NCBI GenBank assembly: GCA_963713605.1
Contig: CAVQMO010000012.1
Span: forward strand, 160,001-224,000
Source of the DNA: an uncultured Nitrososphaerales archaeon
GTDB lineage: Archaea; Thermoproteota; Nitrososphaeria; Nitrososphaerales; Nitrososphaeraceae
Reading direction: 5' to 3'
Length of the DNA: 64,000 nt
The notes under the pieces were generated by a model that had not been told where the DNA came from, did not search any database, and was given only the letters and a program-made list of their open reading frames with translations. A program made the translations under genes and the position numbers. Below are positions 10,002-21,317 of the stretch, piece after piece. Every line of letters starts with the position of its first letter. Positions within the stretch are counted from its first letter, which is position 1.

Positions 10002-10352
10002 TTATTGAGATTTATTATGAACTAATGTAGATTGAATATACATGTTCATTATCATCTCTTCTTCTTCTTGCACATCCTTAATCTGTTCATCTTTTTGCTC
10101 TACAGCAGCATCATTTCCATCTTCTTGTCGTTCAGAGCCAAATTGCGATTGTCTTTCCGGCTGTACAGCAGTGTCTTCTGGTGCTTCCGATGGTTGTTGA
10201 GATTGTCTTTCCGGCTGTACGGTCGTCTTTTCCGGCTGAACCTGTTTAGATTGTTTTGTTGCGTATGAATCTGATAGCCCCATCATTGTTGGAATTCCAA
10301 CTAGACCTGACACCATTACCACCGTAATAGTAACAACTAATAGCTTGTTCAT
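10002..10352 (-). CDS. Secreted low-complexity Q/E-rich protein with internal VQPERQSQ repeats
   Basis: N-terminal hydrophobic helix; VQPE occurs three times. Confidence 0.7.
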   Translation of the reverse strand: MNKLLVVTITVVMVSGLVGIPTMMGLSDSYATKQSKQVQPEKTTVQPERQSQQPSEAPEDTAVQPERQSQFGSERQEDGNDAAVEQKDEQIKDVQEEEEMIMNMYIQSTLVHNKSQ

Positions 10353-10539
10353 GATGGGTTCGAATGATTCGCTGTATTTAAATATGCATCGCTTGGCAGT
10401 CGCAATATTCTACTCTTATTACTATTTGAAGTGAAAGACCTCTTTTTTTCGCCGTCACTTCGTAACTATGCACCGGAGTCAAAGTTTAGAGAATTATCTG
10501 AGTTGTTAGAACGATACAGTTGCCAGACCTGCTGTCAGA

Positions 10540-10947
10540 CTAACTTATCATATTTGCTACTAGCTCAATTAGATCAGGTAACTGAATTGGCTTTTTTATA
10601 TATTTTACAATGCACTTATTTTCTTCTAATTCTTTCACAAGAGCGATATCTAGATCATAAGCGGAAATCAGAATTATTTTAGTTCCATTATACTGCTTTA
10701 TGGTACGAGCAACAGAATCTCCTAACATGTCGCCCAATCTATAATCCAATAGTATGAGATGTACTTTATTTCCCAAATTCTTTTCTTCTAGATATTTTAC
10801 AATACAATCTTCGCCAGAACCAACTTGAATTACATTGTATTTCGACCCGAGGGCTAGTAGAAGCAGATCCTGCTCATCATCGCATATCATCACTGTTTTC
10901 TTTTCAGGTACAGGATGATTTAACATTATTATAATATTATGAACCAC
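10540..10947 (-). CDS. Stand-alone response regulator receiver domain
   Basis: ICDDE, LILLDYRL, IILISAY, KKPI; helix 1 looks shortened. Confidence 0.85.
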   Translation of the reverse strand: MVHNIIIMLNHPVPEKKTVMICDDEQDLLLLALGSKYNVIQVGSGEDCIVKYLEEKNLGNKVHLILLDYRLGDMLGDSVARTIKQYNGTKIILISAYDLDIALVKELEENKCIVKYIKKPIQLPDLIELVANMIS

Positions 10948-11523
10948 ATATAAAAGCCTATTACCATAAAGAGAATTAATACATTAGTATATGAATCTCA
11001 GCAATGCTACTGACCCATAGATTGTACATAAGCTATTTAGTGACCTACCTCTAAAGACTTTTGGAAATATCACAACTCTATAGACTTAACTTATAAATCT
11101 TCGAAGTTTTCATGCATTATATGCTTATACTCTCCGTTTTACATGATACTCATCTGCGTAGAGGTGGTCCCCTTATATATTAAATATATAAGCGGAAATT
11201 ATATATCAAAATACATACAAAAACCATTCGAGACAAGTTGCTTAACTGATCTAGTAGCTGAGATCGTAAAAAATTAATTGTAAGCCCTATTTCATAAAGC
11301 TAAAACAGCCTCCCATTCAATGCAAAGATAGAAAACATTTACCTAGACGGATTGTCAAAGATGTCAAAATAGTTATCAAGATGCTTTGCCAGCCAGCGTC
11401 AATATAGAAAAAGCTTACTTGTTTGTTCCACTAACTTCCAAACCCAAGTCATATATTATTTCTTTCATTGTCTTCTTCCCTACTTGTAATGCTACTGACT
11501 TGCTCTGCGCTGATTCTGGTACT

Positions 11524-11694
11524 TTATACCCATGTGATTAATATGAATGAAATTTTAGAGAAAATAAAAAATGGTTCTTTATTTGCAGAACATGATGGAC
11601 ACAAGGTTGTTGATGCATTTTCTGCTACAAATGTTGTTCCACATGAACTACATGTTGCTTTTTGAATTTCTTGCAAGTCGTAGGCCATTTTCAT
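11524..11694 (-). CDS. Zinc-ribbon micro-protein missed by the ORF track; tail-deleted paralog of 58583..58732
   Basis: Manual translation MKMAYDLQEIQKATCSSCGTTFVAENASTTLCPSCSANKEPFFIFSKISFILITWV*. Confidence 0.75.
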   Translation of the reverse strand: MKMAYDLQEIQKATCSSCGTTFVAENASTTLCPSCSANKEPFFIFSKISFILITWV

Positions 11695-11718
11695 TACAGT
11701 TATTAAAGTCTTCGTAAA

Positions 11719-12453
11719 TTATAGATTAGCTTCATCCGCTGGTGGAGTATTAGGAGATACATCTGATTTATTTGTAGATCCAATGTGTTCATGGTGCACG
11801 CTATTATTGTCGTCCTGAATTATTGAAGTAGAAGAAACTTTCTTAGCCCCCGACCAAATATTCTCAAGCTCTTTTGAATTTATAATAGTTATTAAATTCT
11901 TCATATTTTCAAGTGATCTGTTATGCCCATTCTTATCTGGTGAAGACACACAATCTGAGACGACTACAGAGTAAAATCCCCTGTTGAAAGCATCCCTGGC
12001 ACTAGACTCTACTCCAAATTCTGTAGCAATACCTGTAAACACTACAGTAATAATACCAGCATTTCTAAGCATGCGCTCAAAGCCAGTGTCTATGAAAATA
12101 CTCGCTGTATGTTTATTTATAACTATTTCATCTTGGTTGGGTTTTATTGTAAAATTCATATCTTCGGGTGCAAACTGCTCGAATAAGCGGTCAAATCCCA
12201 GTTTACTCACAGTGTATATATTTGCTGAAGACTCAAATCGTTTTGATAGCGTTTGAACTGATGTAAAGAATATTGGAATATTTGATTTGCGTGCTAATTC
12301 TACAGTCGAATTCAGATTTTTACTAAATTCTTCTTTATTAAATATTATTTTTTCAAACGCCCGTAGTACATCCCATAGTACCAACGCTGTGTGCGAGTGA
12401 TCTAAGATTTCTTCAATAGTATTATAAACTATTTTATCTCCAATCTTTTGCAT
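11719..12453 (-). CDS. Isochorismatase-family hydrolase with a low-complexity C-terminal extension
   Basis: TALVLWD, INKHTASIF, GIATEFGVESSARDA, VVVSDCVSS. Confidence 0.9.
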   Translation of the reverse strand: MQKIGDKIVYNTIEEILDHSHTALVLWDVLRAFEKIIFNKEEFSKNLNSTVELARKSNIPIFFTSVQTLSKRFESSANIYTVSKLGFDRLFEQFAPEDMNFTIKPNQDEIVINKHTASIFIDTGFERMLRNAGIITVVFTGIATEFGVESSARDAFNRGFYSVVVSDCVSSPDKNGHNRSLENMKNLITIINSKELENIWSGAKKVSSTSIIQDDNNSVHHEHIGSTNKSDVSPNTPPADEANL

Positions 12454-12713
12454 GCTATTGTGTACACAAAGATGTGGTCGTCATAGATTTATTTATTTGT
12501 GATACAATATTCTTATCAACTCACAGCTGCTGGTTGAATTGCTTGTGTCACATGTCATGGTCAATGAGTACTCTCGTGATCTTCTAACTCTTTGCGAGTT
12601 TGAAATTCTCGACCACAATCTACACAAGAGAAAGTCGCATACATCTTGGCATCTATATCATCTGATTTCTCATCACTCATAATATTTTTTATGTGGGATA
12701 ACTATAAAATGAT

Positions 12714-12935
12714 ATGCACAAACTATTGAAGCTTACTGTCTTCTTCGTAATCATTGGTGCAGCAACGGTTACTCTTATGGTCAATAGCAGTACCGTAATC
12801 GAACGGCACGTTAACGCTCAAAATGTGACTAATGCGAGCAATTTGACCGGAGTGGAGAATGACAGTAGTAGTGGAAGCGTAACAGCGAGACTGAATGTCT
12901 CATTGCCAGAACCACCCAGCCCAACCGATCAGTGA
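12714..12935 (+). CDS. Secreted micro-protein rich in N-x-S/T sequons
   Basis: Signal peptide, then AQNVTNASNLTGVENDSSSG. Confidence 0.65.
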   Translation: MHKLLKLTVFFVIIGAATVTLMVNSSTVIERHVNAQNVTNASNLTGVENDSSSGSVTARLNVSLPEPPSPTDQ

Positions 12936-13474
12936 CTCAATTTCAAAATACTTGAAGCAGTCACAAATTTCTATTGATTCTGATACGAGAGATAACACTT
13001 ACATTACCCCCGACTGTCTATTGCACTGAAAAGAGTGGGTTGACAAATTGAGTAATAGGTGTATAAATGATGAGAGACGGAAATATTGAAAAAGAAACTT
13101 TACTAATTCTACATATTCTCAGCCATAGAAGATTTATTTAGTAATATTTACAGATCTAGCAGACAGTCCACCAAATCTGTACCATTAATATCTGTATTAT
13201 TTCTCATTAGATCAGTTTTAGTTGCCTCTGCAATGTCTGTTGATTCTGTAGATAAACCTCCGAAGTCTGTATAAATACCAGGTTAATTGTCAGTCGTATT
13301 CAGAGCCATTACTATTGCAGGATTTATACCTAACAAAATCGCCGAAGATTAGATTGTAAATTAACAATGACATGTTGTGTCTATGAGGTCATGCTATAAA
13401 TAATTTCTAAAGTTCTGATAATAATAACAATGATTTATCTTTAGATCAATACATTTGCCAGACTTGACGTCAGT

Positions 13475-13819
13475 CTAACATATTGTATCTGCCACTGTCT
13501 CAATTAGATCAGCTACTTGAATTGGCTTTTCTATGTACTTTACAATGCACTTATTTTCTTCTAATTCTTTCATTCTATCATAGCTTCCCTCTTTCTGGCC
13601 ATCATTTTCGTCCACTAGTGCTTCAGCTCCAACTTGACACACAGATTTCGTAAGTTCAGTAGCATCACCATATCCAAGCTCCCCTCTTTCCGGAGTATTC
13701 ACCATTGTAAGACGGATACGAACATTGTTAACATCAATAGTATCACCATCAATAATTTCGGTAACTATGCCCCTGAAGCAGTCTGCTTCGCCACGACATT
13801 CGCTGCTTTGTGTAAGCAC
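13475..13819 (-). pseudogene. Chimera: thermonuclease (SNase) N-terminal part fused to the C-terminus of a receiver domain
   Basis: VTEIIDGDTIDV...IRLTMVNTPE...GSYDRM, then KELEENKCIVKYIEKPIQ, which matches the end of 10540..10947 including its 3' flank. Confidence 0.85.
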
Positions 13820-14032
13820 AATTCCAACGAATGGAGAAAGTATTTCATTGCTTATTGTTTTACCAATTGATTCTTCTTGGTTATCATCTTCAGGTCTAAA
13901 ATTTGATGTATTTCTTCATTCATCAGTTTATCGATACTTGGGTGATATACATAAGAGCGTTCTCATTACCAGTTTTTAGAACTTCTTCAGAGCGAAGAAG
14001 AATTGAATTGAAGAATAGATATATAGTAGATC

Positions 14033-14233
14033 ATGGTAAAGAGCTTTATGACAAATATTACACAGGAATTTCACATAAAACACCATCTACTAAGGGAACA
14101 TTTGACTTTTTCAGTAACTGGAAGCACACTCCTCGAGTGTCTGGAGAAAGCAAAGCAATATGCTCGAGAGTACAGTAATTTGAAGAGATGGGATGATACA
14201 CCCGAAGTGGAGTTTGGTTCTGGTAAACTTTGA
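14033..14233 (+). CDS. Small hypothetical protein
   Basis: 66-aa ATG-started ORF with a plausible globular composition. Confidence 0.45.
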   Translation: MVKSFMTNITQEFHIKHHLLREHLTFSVTGSTLLECLEKAKQYAREYSNLKRWDDTPEVEFGSGKL

Positions 14234-14426
14234 CGTTGCGAGTCACAACGGCTGAATCTTAACCTACTTAGCTATCACACCGATGATATTTCGGTCAAGA
14301 ACTATCTAGGAATCAAAGAAGCAATCCAAGTCTTCGTCTCCGATATTTGGCAGGTAAAGCTGTAGAATCTTGGTGCAGGTAAGAAAAACATGGATGAGCT
14401 CGAATTCTTCAATATGATCAAGGGAC

Positions 14427-15164
14427 TTACAACCTGATAAGCAATTTGAAATTTAGGCAAAATGTTCTGCAATAGCTCAAAGAGCGTATCTGTGTCAAAG
14501 ATTTTATGTGAATCTCATTTGACACCATCGCCATGTACTCTTTGATGTCGCTATCAGTCATTGAAGATTCAACTCCGGTCTTTTCTGTCAACACATCCGA
14601 ATGCTTCTTTGCGATCTTCATAACCTTTGGTTGGAGCTCTTGTTCCATTTGAGCCGACCCCATACTATGTAGAAATTTTGATTGTTCAGTTAATGATTTT
14701 CTAATGGATACACGTAAAGACGTATCCTGAGAAAGTAACTGTCGAAGAGAATAGACCTGCATATATTAAATAGCATGATAGACCAGTAAAAGAGACAGAT
14801 ACAATTCCGTACGGTGGATATGCAGCCTGAGCAGCCATGGCGGATCCGGCAATATAAAAGAGAACAAATCCATATGCGGCGATTATCATGTGCTTTCTGA
14901 GACTACTGTCTTTTCGTAAAGTTTTCGCTACAGCCAAGAATGCTGCTCCAATATGATTCCTGAAAGAATTCCAGATAATGAAAAAATAAGAATATTCGTC
15001 ATTGCATCTGTGTCTTCTGATGGAGTAAAATATCCCAAGACAAAGAGTGGGAATGAGATGAGATAGTAAACCATAGCAACACCCATAATAATCCAGAACT
15101 TGATCTTACCCAATTTCTTGATATACGGAATTACAAGTTGCTCTTTATCATATCTAGCATGCAC
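14427..15164 (-). pseudogene. 3' half of a multi-TM membrane protein, broken into three frames
   Basis: Three overlapping ORFs read continuously across frameshifts (PYIKKLGKIKFW...; AYGFVLF...YPPYG; SQDTSLRVSIRKS...MGSAQMEQE); the N-terminus is absent. Confidence 0.75.
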
Positions 15165-15370
15165 AGTAGCATTCTTTATACTACATTTGGAATTCTTGCT
15201 ACATAGCTTTTTCTATCTTGTTATCTATTGCTACTAATTCAATGCTTCCTGTTACAGATTGATATCAACTGTTATTTTATGTCTGAAAGTTATCAAGCCA
15301 GACGTATTCCACACCAACATTGGGCCTGCAGTAATATAAAGAACACTGAGTACTAGAATTTATAGAAATA

Positions 15371-15577
15371 TTGAATAAGCTTCAGAAAATTAGTCTCATT
15401 GCTGTTTCAATTACAGTAGTTGTTCTATTAGCATACGTATGGTTTACTCATACGTCTTTCGTACCAATATTGAAAATATCTGGCTTTGAAAGCCAGTCTT
15501 ACAACTGTCCCGGCAATTGCTCTTATAGTCATTCCTGTCATAGATTACTGGGCACAAACAGAAATTGTGAACTGTAA
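15371..15577 (+). CDS. Small membrane-anchored protein with a Cys-rich C-terminus
   Basis: TM helix followed by CPGNCSYSHSC...C. Confidence 0.45.
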   Translation: MNKLQKISLIAVSITVVVLLAYVWFTHTSFVPILKISGFESQSYNCPGNCSYSHSCHRLLGTNRNCEL

Positions 15578-15611
15578 CCTAAATCGGATAGATATATGCC
15601 TACAAAATCTT

Positions 15612-16080
15612 TCAGTGTCTAAATTTCCCCTCAAACTTTCTTCGTAATGCTATGATAATCAAACCAAATGTGACAGCACCACCAACGATTTTGAAAGTAA
15701 CATCTAACAATCCAATATTTAATTTGGTTCCAAAAGAAAGACTGGGTAGAAAGTTTGTTTGCTCTCTTTCAAAAGCTACTTGAAGATTACTTGAATTACC
15801 CATAATCCTCGTGACTGTGGCTTTGGACATTTAATAGATAATTATACAAAATATGGCGAAAATCAGTTTCTTTAAGTGTGTTTATGGAAGATTGTTCTGT
15901 ATATCCGACGTTCAACCCAAAATCACTTAATCTAACCTGGTATGCCTCGGTAGTGCCCGACTGTGAGGAATAATTGTTGACAGACAATGAAACAAAGAAG
16001 AGCGAATAGATCAACATTATTACAATTGATACTACTATTATCAATATTATCAACATAATACTCTTTATTGGCACTGGCAC
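15612..16080 (-). pseudogene. Frameshifted 3' fragment of a membrane protein
   Basis: Two overlapping ORFs with TM segments, ending FGLIIIALRRKFEGKFRH. Confidence 0.55.
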
Positions 16081-16404
16081 TTTGTGTTTTCATCTGTTAT
16101 GCGAGACTATTAGATTTTAGTGTTCTCACTGAATTACGGACGTGTCGTTTGATCTTATTAGAATCCGGTCATGATGATATGCATAATTTTTTCTATTGGC
16201 AACTAGATAGTTCTTTTAGACTTGAATCAACGATATGCATTTGATCGGTCGACTATAAAGTAGCGACTTGCGATTTCTGGAAGTACTATAGTTTAGCTAT
16301 TCTGAGCTGATTTCAACTGATATATGATTCAGGTTTGGATAATTTCACAATTTGGTTAATTTATGGAACAATGCTTATGATTACATTCTATTAATTCAAA
16401 TTCA

Positions 16405-16764
16405 ATGGCAAAAATGCAAAAGAAGAATATTGATACATCACTCGATGAAGTACGAAGATTTGAGAACGGCAAGATTGAGCTTGCAAATCTAGGTGATATG
16501 ACAATTGGTCGAGCAGTATTAGAACCGGGGTGGAGCTGGGAGAAATGCGTTAAACCCCTAGTAAAGACAGACAGTTGCCAAGCACCGCATATTCAGTACA
16601 TAGTTTCGGGTAGAATCAAAGCAGTTATGGATGATGGTGCAGAAGAAGAATTTGGTCCTGGAGATGCTGCTGTGATTCCACCTGGCCACAATGCTTGGGT
16701 TGTCGGAAATGAACCTGTAATTGGAATCGATTTCACTGGTTTGAAAGAATACGCCAAGAGTTGA
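16405..16764 (+). CDS. Cupin domain protein
   Basis: LEPGWSWEKCVKP, SCQAPH, GPGDAAVIPPGHNAWVVGNEP. Confidence 0.92.
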   Translation: MAKMQKKNIDTSLDEVRRFENGKIELANLGDMTIGRAVLEPGWSWEKCVKPLVKTDSCQAPHIQYIVSGRIKAVMDDGAEEEFGPGDAAVIPPGHNAWVVGNEPVIGIDFTGLKEYAKS

Positions 16765-16939
16765 AATAGATAACGAGTCCCTCATTTTTTTGAAATTCGA
16801 TGAGCCGGATACAAATAACATCGAATCATGTTACGTTTGTATTTTTCTAACAGATATACACTTTTATAGAAGATTGTCCTATATGTCTGTGACATTAATC
16901 TATGAGTTTCATGGCGAAACACTGTCTCAATTTGTTTAC

Positions 16940-17237
16940 ATGGGTGTTTACATATTGAGTGGCAAATCTAGATGGGCTTGTGCTATCTACGGAATGTACT
17001 CCTCCCGTAAGTTCAGTGTCAAGCGGCATATCGAAAATTTGTATAACGGCATAGGAAATATTATTTCGTTCATTGATTATAATTGCTGGTAGAGGCAATG
17101 GAACTTATTTTCCAAATCCTTTTTCTACCTACTTGCTTAAGCAGACCCAGACGGCAGATCCCAAGAATAGACTATTAGATATTATGAGAGATGAGTTTTT
17201 TCGAACTACATTAAGAAAGAGCTTCAGATTTCCATAA
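16940..17237 (+). pseudogene. Degenerate C2H2-type zinc-finger protein
   Basis: WACAIYGMYSSRKFSVKRHIENLY has C2H2 spacing with the second Cys and last His replaced by Tyr; a frameshift near 17081 continues IAGRGNGTYFP. Confidence 0.6.
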
Positions 17238-17327
17238 TGAGCACTTGCAATTTACAATTTTTAATTTGAGCTATATACTGATTCGTTTGGATGGTTCCCG
17301 TATTTGCAGCGTATAATGCATCTCCAA

Positions 17328-18266
17328 TCATTGAATTGAAGGAGGTTTAATTTCTCTTATGCTCAGATTCTTGAGATCGAAAATTAGGTTATCTGCTCTA
17401 AAAGTCGCAGTAGACCCAGAATTAGTGATTATGTAATCCTTTTCTTTACCGCAATCTACACTGTAAAATTCTTCGTCAGACGTATCAGCATACCATTTGC
17501 CATTATCTTCAACTTCAGATACTTTTTCCCATTTATTGTTGGCGTCAATGTCCAAATATGATTCCATCTTCACAAATGAATCATTCTCAAGATTATACAT
17601 GACAGTTTTCCATCCGATCCATTTATTTACGAAAGAGTTGGGAATCTCTGAAACGCCACGTGCGGCTGTATATCCTCCAGTATGCCATATTTCCTTTTTC
17701 CAAGATACCTTACCATCAAAGAATAAGCCGCCATTTAAAGCTGTTCCCTCACATGGAACCATATCATTATGTCGTCCTCCTCTTGCACGCCATGTCAAAT
17801 GAGGATCTAATGAATCTCCATTTTCACTCCCCTCATCTTGATCAGAGAATTCACGAGAACCTGTGGTTGGGGTGGAAGATATCATTTTTACGTACCCTGT
17901 CATTTCTACATTCTTCCATTCTTCTTGCCCTGGAAGCGTATCTACACGTATCCTTACCTTTGAACTATTTACTCTCCATGAATCATCTGACTGCTGATCT
18001 AGAGCAATATCTGAATTGAAAGAAACTATTTCGTCATCTAAAGGGTCCTGCATGTTGATAAACCATTCTCTTCCACCCTGTACAGTAGAATAGATTTGCA
18101 GGGTACCAAATTTATCCATTCTTCTTTCCCCCTCCGGAATAGGGAGGGGGGTAGGAGGAATAACAAATCGTGTATAAAGTAGGATGAAAATAATAAGGAG
18201 AACTAATATGCTTGATGCGACTAATAGAATTCTCTTTCTTCGTTTTGCATTATCGGGTATCTTCAT
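17328..18266 (-). CDS. Membrane-anchored extracellular beta-rich protein (possible ConA-like/carbohydrate-active fold)
   Basis: N-terminal TM; DKFG..IY..GGREW, WKNVEMTGYVK, ARGGRH, KKEIWHTGGYT, WIGWK. Fold assignment is tentative. Confidence 0.7.
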   Translation of the reverse strand: MKIPDNAKRRKRILLVASSILVLLIIFILLYTRFVIPPTPLPIPEGERRMDKFGTLQIYSTVQGGREWFINMQDPLDDEIVSFNSDIALDQQSDDSWRVNSSKVRIRVDTLPGQEEWKNVEMTGYVKMISSTPTTGSREFSDQDEGSENGDSLDPHLTWRARGGRHNDMVPCEGTALNGGLFFDGKVSWKKEIWHTGGYTAARGVSEIPNSFVNKWIGWKTVMYNLENDSFVKMESYLDIDANNKWEKVSEVEDNGKWYADTSDEEFYSVDCGKEKDYIITNSGSTATFRADNLIFDLKNLSIREIKPPSIQ

Positions 18267-18437
18267 TTTAAATCAATAGTTTTTAATAGAAAATGAGGAA
18301 GATAGAGAATGATTGATAGATTTTGAACAAGTTGCACGAAAATATATTTACCTACAATATACATTCTAAACACATTCATTTAGTATTACGGGTTTCCAGG
18401 ATAACGAGTTTACAAATACGAAAAGGAAGCCATTAAT

Positions 18438-18857
18438 TTAGGATGATGTAAGTGTATTAATTGTATTCAATTTCGCTATATTCTTTTCTTCCTTCTTCTT
18501 CAAAGTTATTTCCTTATGCTTTTCATTCCAGTGATCGACAAAATCATCAATTATGGGGTGAAGATAGCTTTTACATAATGCATTATGCTGTTTCGCAGTA
18601 TTCCCTATTCTGTTACCATATTTAATACATTTCCAACATCCTATAAACGGAATCAGATAAGCCACTCTATATCCGAGATATCTTGAAGTATGTCCCCACG
18701 CCTCACCCACTATACACATTTCTGGCTTGCGAATGAGTGTATGTAAATCATCCTTACCAAGATCGGTTCCAAGTTTGTTTGACCAAGTTGGGCATATCTC
18801 ATCGAAAGTCAAAGAGGTTAATTTAGTACTAGTATCACGGATTGTGGGTCGAAACAT
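18438..18857 (-). CDS. Hypothetical Cys/His protein (putative metal-binding)
   Basis: CIVGEAWGH...GCWKC...HWNEKH. Confidence 0.65.
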   Translation of the reverse strand: MFRPTIRDTSTKLTSLTFDEICPTWSNKLGTDLGKDDLHTLIRKPEMCIVGEAWGHTSRYLGYRVAYLIPFIGCWKCIKYGNRIGNTAKQHNALCKSYLHPIIDDFVDHWNEKHKEITLKKKEEKNIAKLNTINTLTSS

Positions 18858-19383
18858 CAGACGTAGTATAATAGGAAATGCTTTGATTTATGTCTATCCA
18901 ATGCAAATCAATTTCATTAATCGTATGTTCTAGTTGGAAACTAGCCTATGAAAAAAACTGGTTGTGAATATAGAATAGAAACTACATAAATATTGAATGG
19001 TTACAGAATTGCGAACGGGTCAAGTATTCTATATCCCATAGAGAGGGAGTAGTTAGGTTTAACAAGAACAAAGAACAAACAAAAGAAGTAATCCAAGGCA
19101 GTCATGAGCAAATATCTAGGATCGAAAATAAAGTCCAAATTATATAATAAAACCAGATTATAAATTGAGATTGTTTGTTGAGATATTTCATGCACTGCAA
19201 GTGCAGCTCAACTAAATGGCTTCATATTAGAAAGAAGAAATGGGATATATGCCAAAGCTTAGTTAACATAAAATTATCGATCTAAGCTGAATGCAAATGA
19301 TCGCTCTAGTCAATATGTCTCATTGATTGTGAATACAAGTATGAATTCGAAACCAATATTGTTCCAGAAGCGTTATCTGTAAC

Positions 19384-19575
19384 TTAGGCTTCTTCATTAA
19401 AGGAATGACACAGCAGATTGGTCGGGATATCATTAAAGTAAATATCGTTCGCGTGCATGCCATGTTTTTGCATTGCATGATCCGCACCATTTTTTAAGAA
19501 CTCTTCCATTGTTCCACCTTCGATGACAAAATCACAGTCTAGGCCAGATTCACGACATACTAGAATGTACATCAC
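19384..19575 (-). CDS. DUF1059 small metal-binding protein
   Basis: CRESGLDCDFVIEG..MEE.....DHAMQKHGM. Confidence 0.85.
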   Translation of the reverse strand: MMYILVCRESGLDCDFVIEGGTMEEFLKNGADHAMQKHGMHANDIYFNDIPTNLLCHSFNEEA

Positions 19576-20142
19576 TATTACAATGTCTGGATCAACCTTA
19601 AAACCTTTTTATTGTAATTGCTATTGCGAGATATCTACTTAGTGTCCAAAGTTATCCCATAATCTAATAACAGAATTATTTTCACAGAATATCTAATACC
19701 TGATTCACTTCGATAATCCTTCCTACACTAAGCGTCGGATCGCACCCGATAGGTGAGGGGACGGTCTTACAGATTTTCTTTTTGGTCACTTACCGAATAT
19801 AGCTGGATATTAATAACAATTCTGCTAAAGGATAGCATTCTTCAATTCTGATTCTGACTTTTCAAATAAAGTATTAGTCCTTACTGCTGAGTAGAATGCA
19901 TTGATTCGGTGGCGTGCACAAGTAAGTTGCGCCTCAATGGCTTACTTTGTTATTCCTGCTAATTGTGCTCCATTGCTCTTCCTACCGGTACGTATCCTTT
20001 TACATCCGAAACGACTATCTCTATGCCTCTCGTCATTGGGATTCTTATTCTTATATCAGCTCTATGTTTGTACGCCTTTATTGTTCTTGATCAGGTTCCT
20101 CATGAAATATCAAAAAATTATATCAACAGTTTACTTATACAT

Positions 20143-20625
20143 TTAATCTGTTGAATATTGAAAGCTGTGCTCTGAAACACTACCTGGCCGTACTGCATAG
20201 TTAGGAAGTACTTGTGTTTTTCCATCTGGATAGGTAACAGTGAATTTGTATATGCCTGATGGAAGACCATCAAATGAATAATGTCCACTGCTAGGGGTAA
20301 AGGATTTAACCGAATATCCTCCTGATTTTTCTACAGAGTATATTAATCCCATTTGTTTGTATGCTACTACTGATGCTCCATTAACAGGTAGTCTAGTTTG
20401 ACTAGTGACTAAACCAGTGACTTCCGCCATATCTGCAGCAGTAGTAGGTGATGACGTTGCTGTGATTGTTTCTTTCGCTGGATTCAACTCTATCAACCCT
20501 ATGTTATCATCCGAATTTGTATTATTATACAATGTTTTTTCAACTGCTATAAAAACAGTCAGTATTACAATAACAATACCGAATGCAATTCCGAAAAGAA
20601 GATATTCATTTTCTAGATTGCAAAA
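20143..20625 (-). CDS. Membrane-anchored carboxypeptidase regulatory-like (transthyretin-fold) domain protein; start uncertain
   Basis: VTGLV...PVNGASV...GHYSFDGLPSGIYKFTVTYP; the frame continues upstream of 20532 through a TM helix (YLLFGIAFGIVIVILTVFIAV). Confidence 0.7.
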   Translation of the reverse strand, partial: FCNLENEYLLFGIAFGIVIVILTVFIAVEKTLYNNTNSDDNIGLIELNPAKETITATSSPTTAADMAEVTGLVTSQTRLPVNGASVVAYKQMGLIYSVEKSGGYSVKSFTPSSGHYSFDGLPSGIYKFTVTYPDGKTQVLPNYAVRPGSVSEHSFQYSTD

Positions 20626-20725
20626 GTCAAGAAATGATAGTCAAGAAATGATTCTACTAGGTAGCTCAAAAAGGAACTCAATATTAATTAATATCATGTA
20701 CGGATATCACTTAAGTGAATAATTA

Positions 20726-21317
20726 TTATTTCTTGTCTGATTCTTCTTTATATAGAAGGTAGCGTTTTTTAAAACCACTGCCGAAGGTATCAATATATTG
20801 ATCTGCATTACGTGGTTCAATTGCTCTTGCAAGTAATATGATTAATCGTTTTACATCCTTATCATACAGCAACTCTTCATTTACGATTACAGATAACAAC
20901 AGACTGAATGATTTGGAAATACCGAGAATATGAAAGGAATGTAATAGATATAAAGCTGCGTCAAGATAATCTTCATCCAGTACTGCTAAGCAGAAATCGA
21001 AAAACAAATATTCTATCGGATACGAGCAACCTATCTCATGCAGCTGGGTATAGCGTCTGCCGTGCCGATTGAAGAAGTAAGATATTCTTCCATTTTTTCA
21101 TATACTTTGCTTCTCGTATTTCTTTTTCTAGTTCTTCATTTATAAGCCTTATAATATCCCTCAAGCTGCCGTCACGATGCAAACTATCAAAGTAAAATTG
21201 GGAGTCAATCGTTATATTCTTTGCAAGCCGACCGTTTGTCGGAAGTTTGCCACTGATAGGTATGTATTCAATTAGCTTCAGTATTTCCGATGAGCCTAAA
21301 CTGTCCGAGTCTCCCAC
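20726..21317 (-). other. Two adjacent 93-aa hypothetical ORFs, possibly one disrupted gene
   Basis: Same strand, 28-bp gap, weak starts; no recognisable family. Confidence 0.4.

Noticed and set aside
11468..11665. Plus-strand 65-aa ORF, and similar overlapping ORFs (3208, 5851, 17497, 46319, 52723, 58372, 58395)
   Set aside because: Antisense or alternative-frame shadows of better-supported genes.
11990..12040. Missing catalytic Cys in the isochorismatase (GIATEFGVES)
   Set aside because: Gly at this position is a known variant within the superfamily, so it is neither damage nor novelty.
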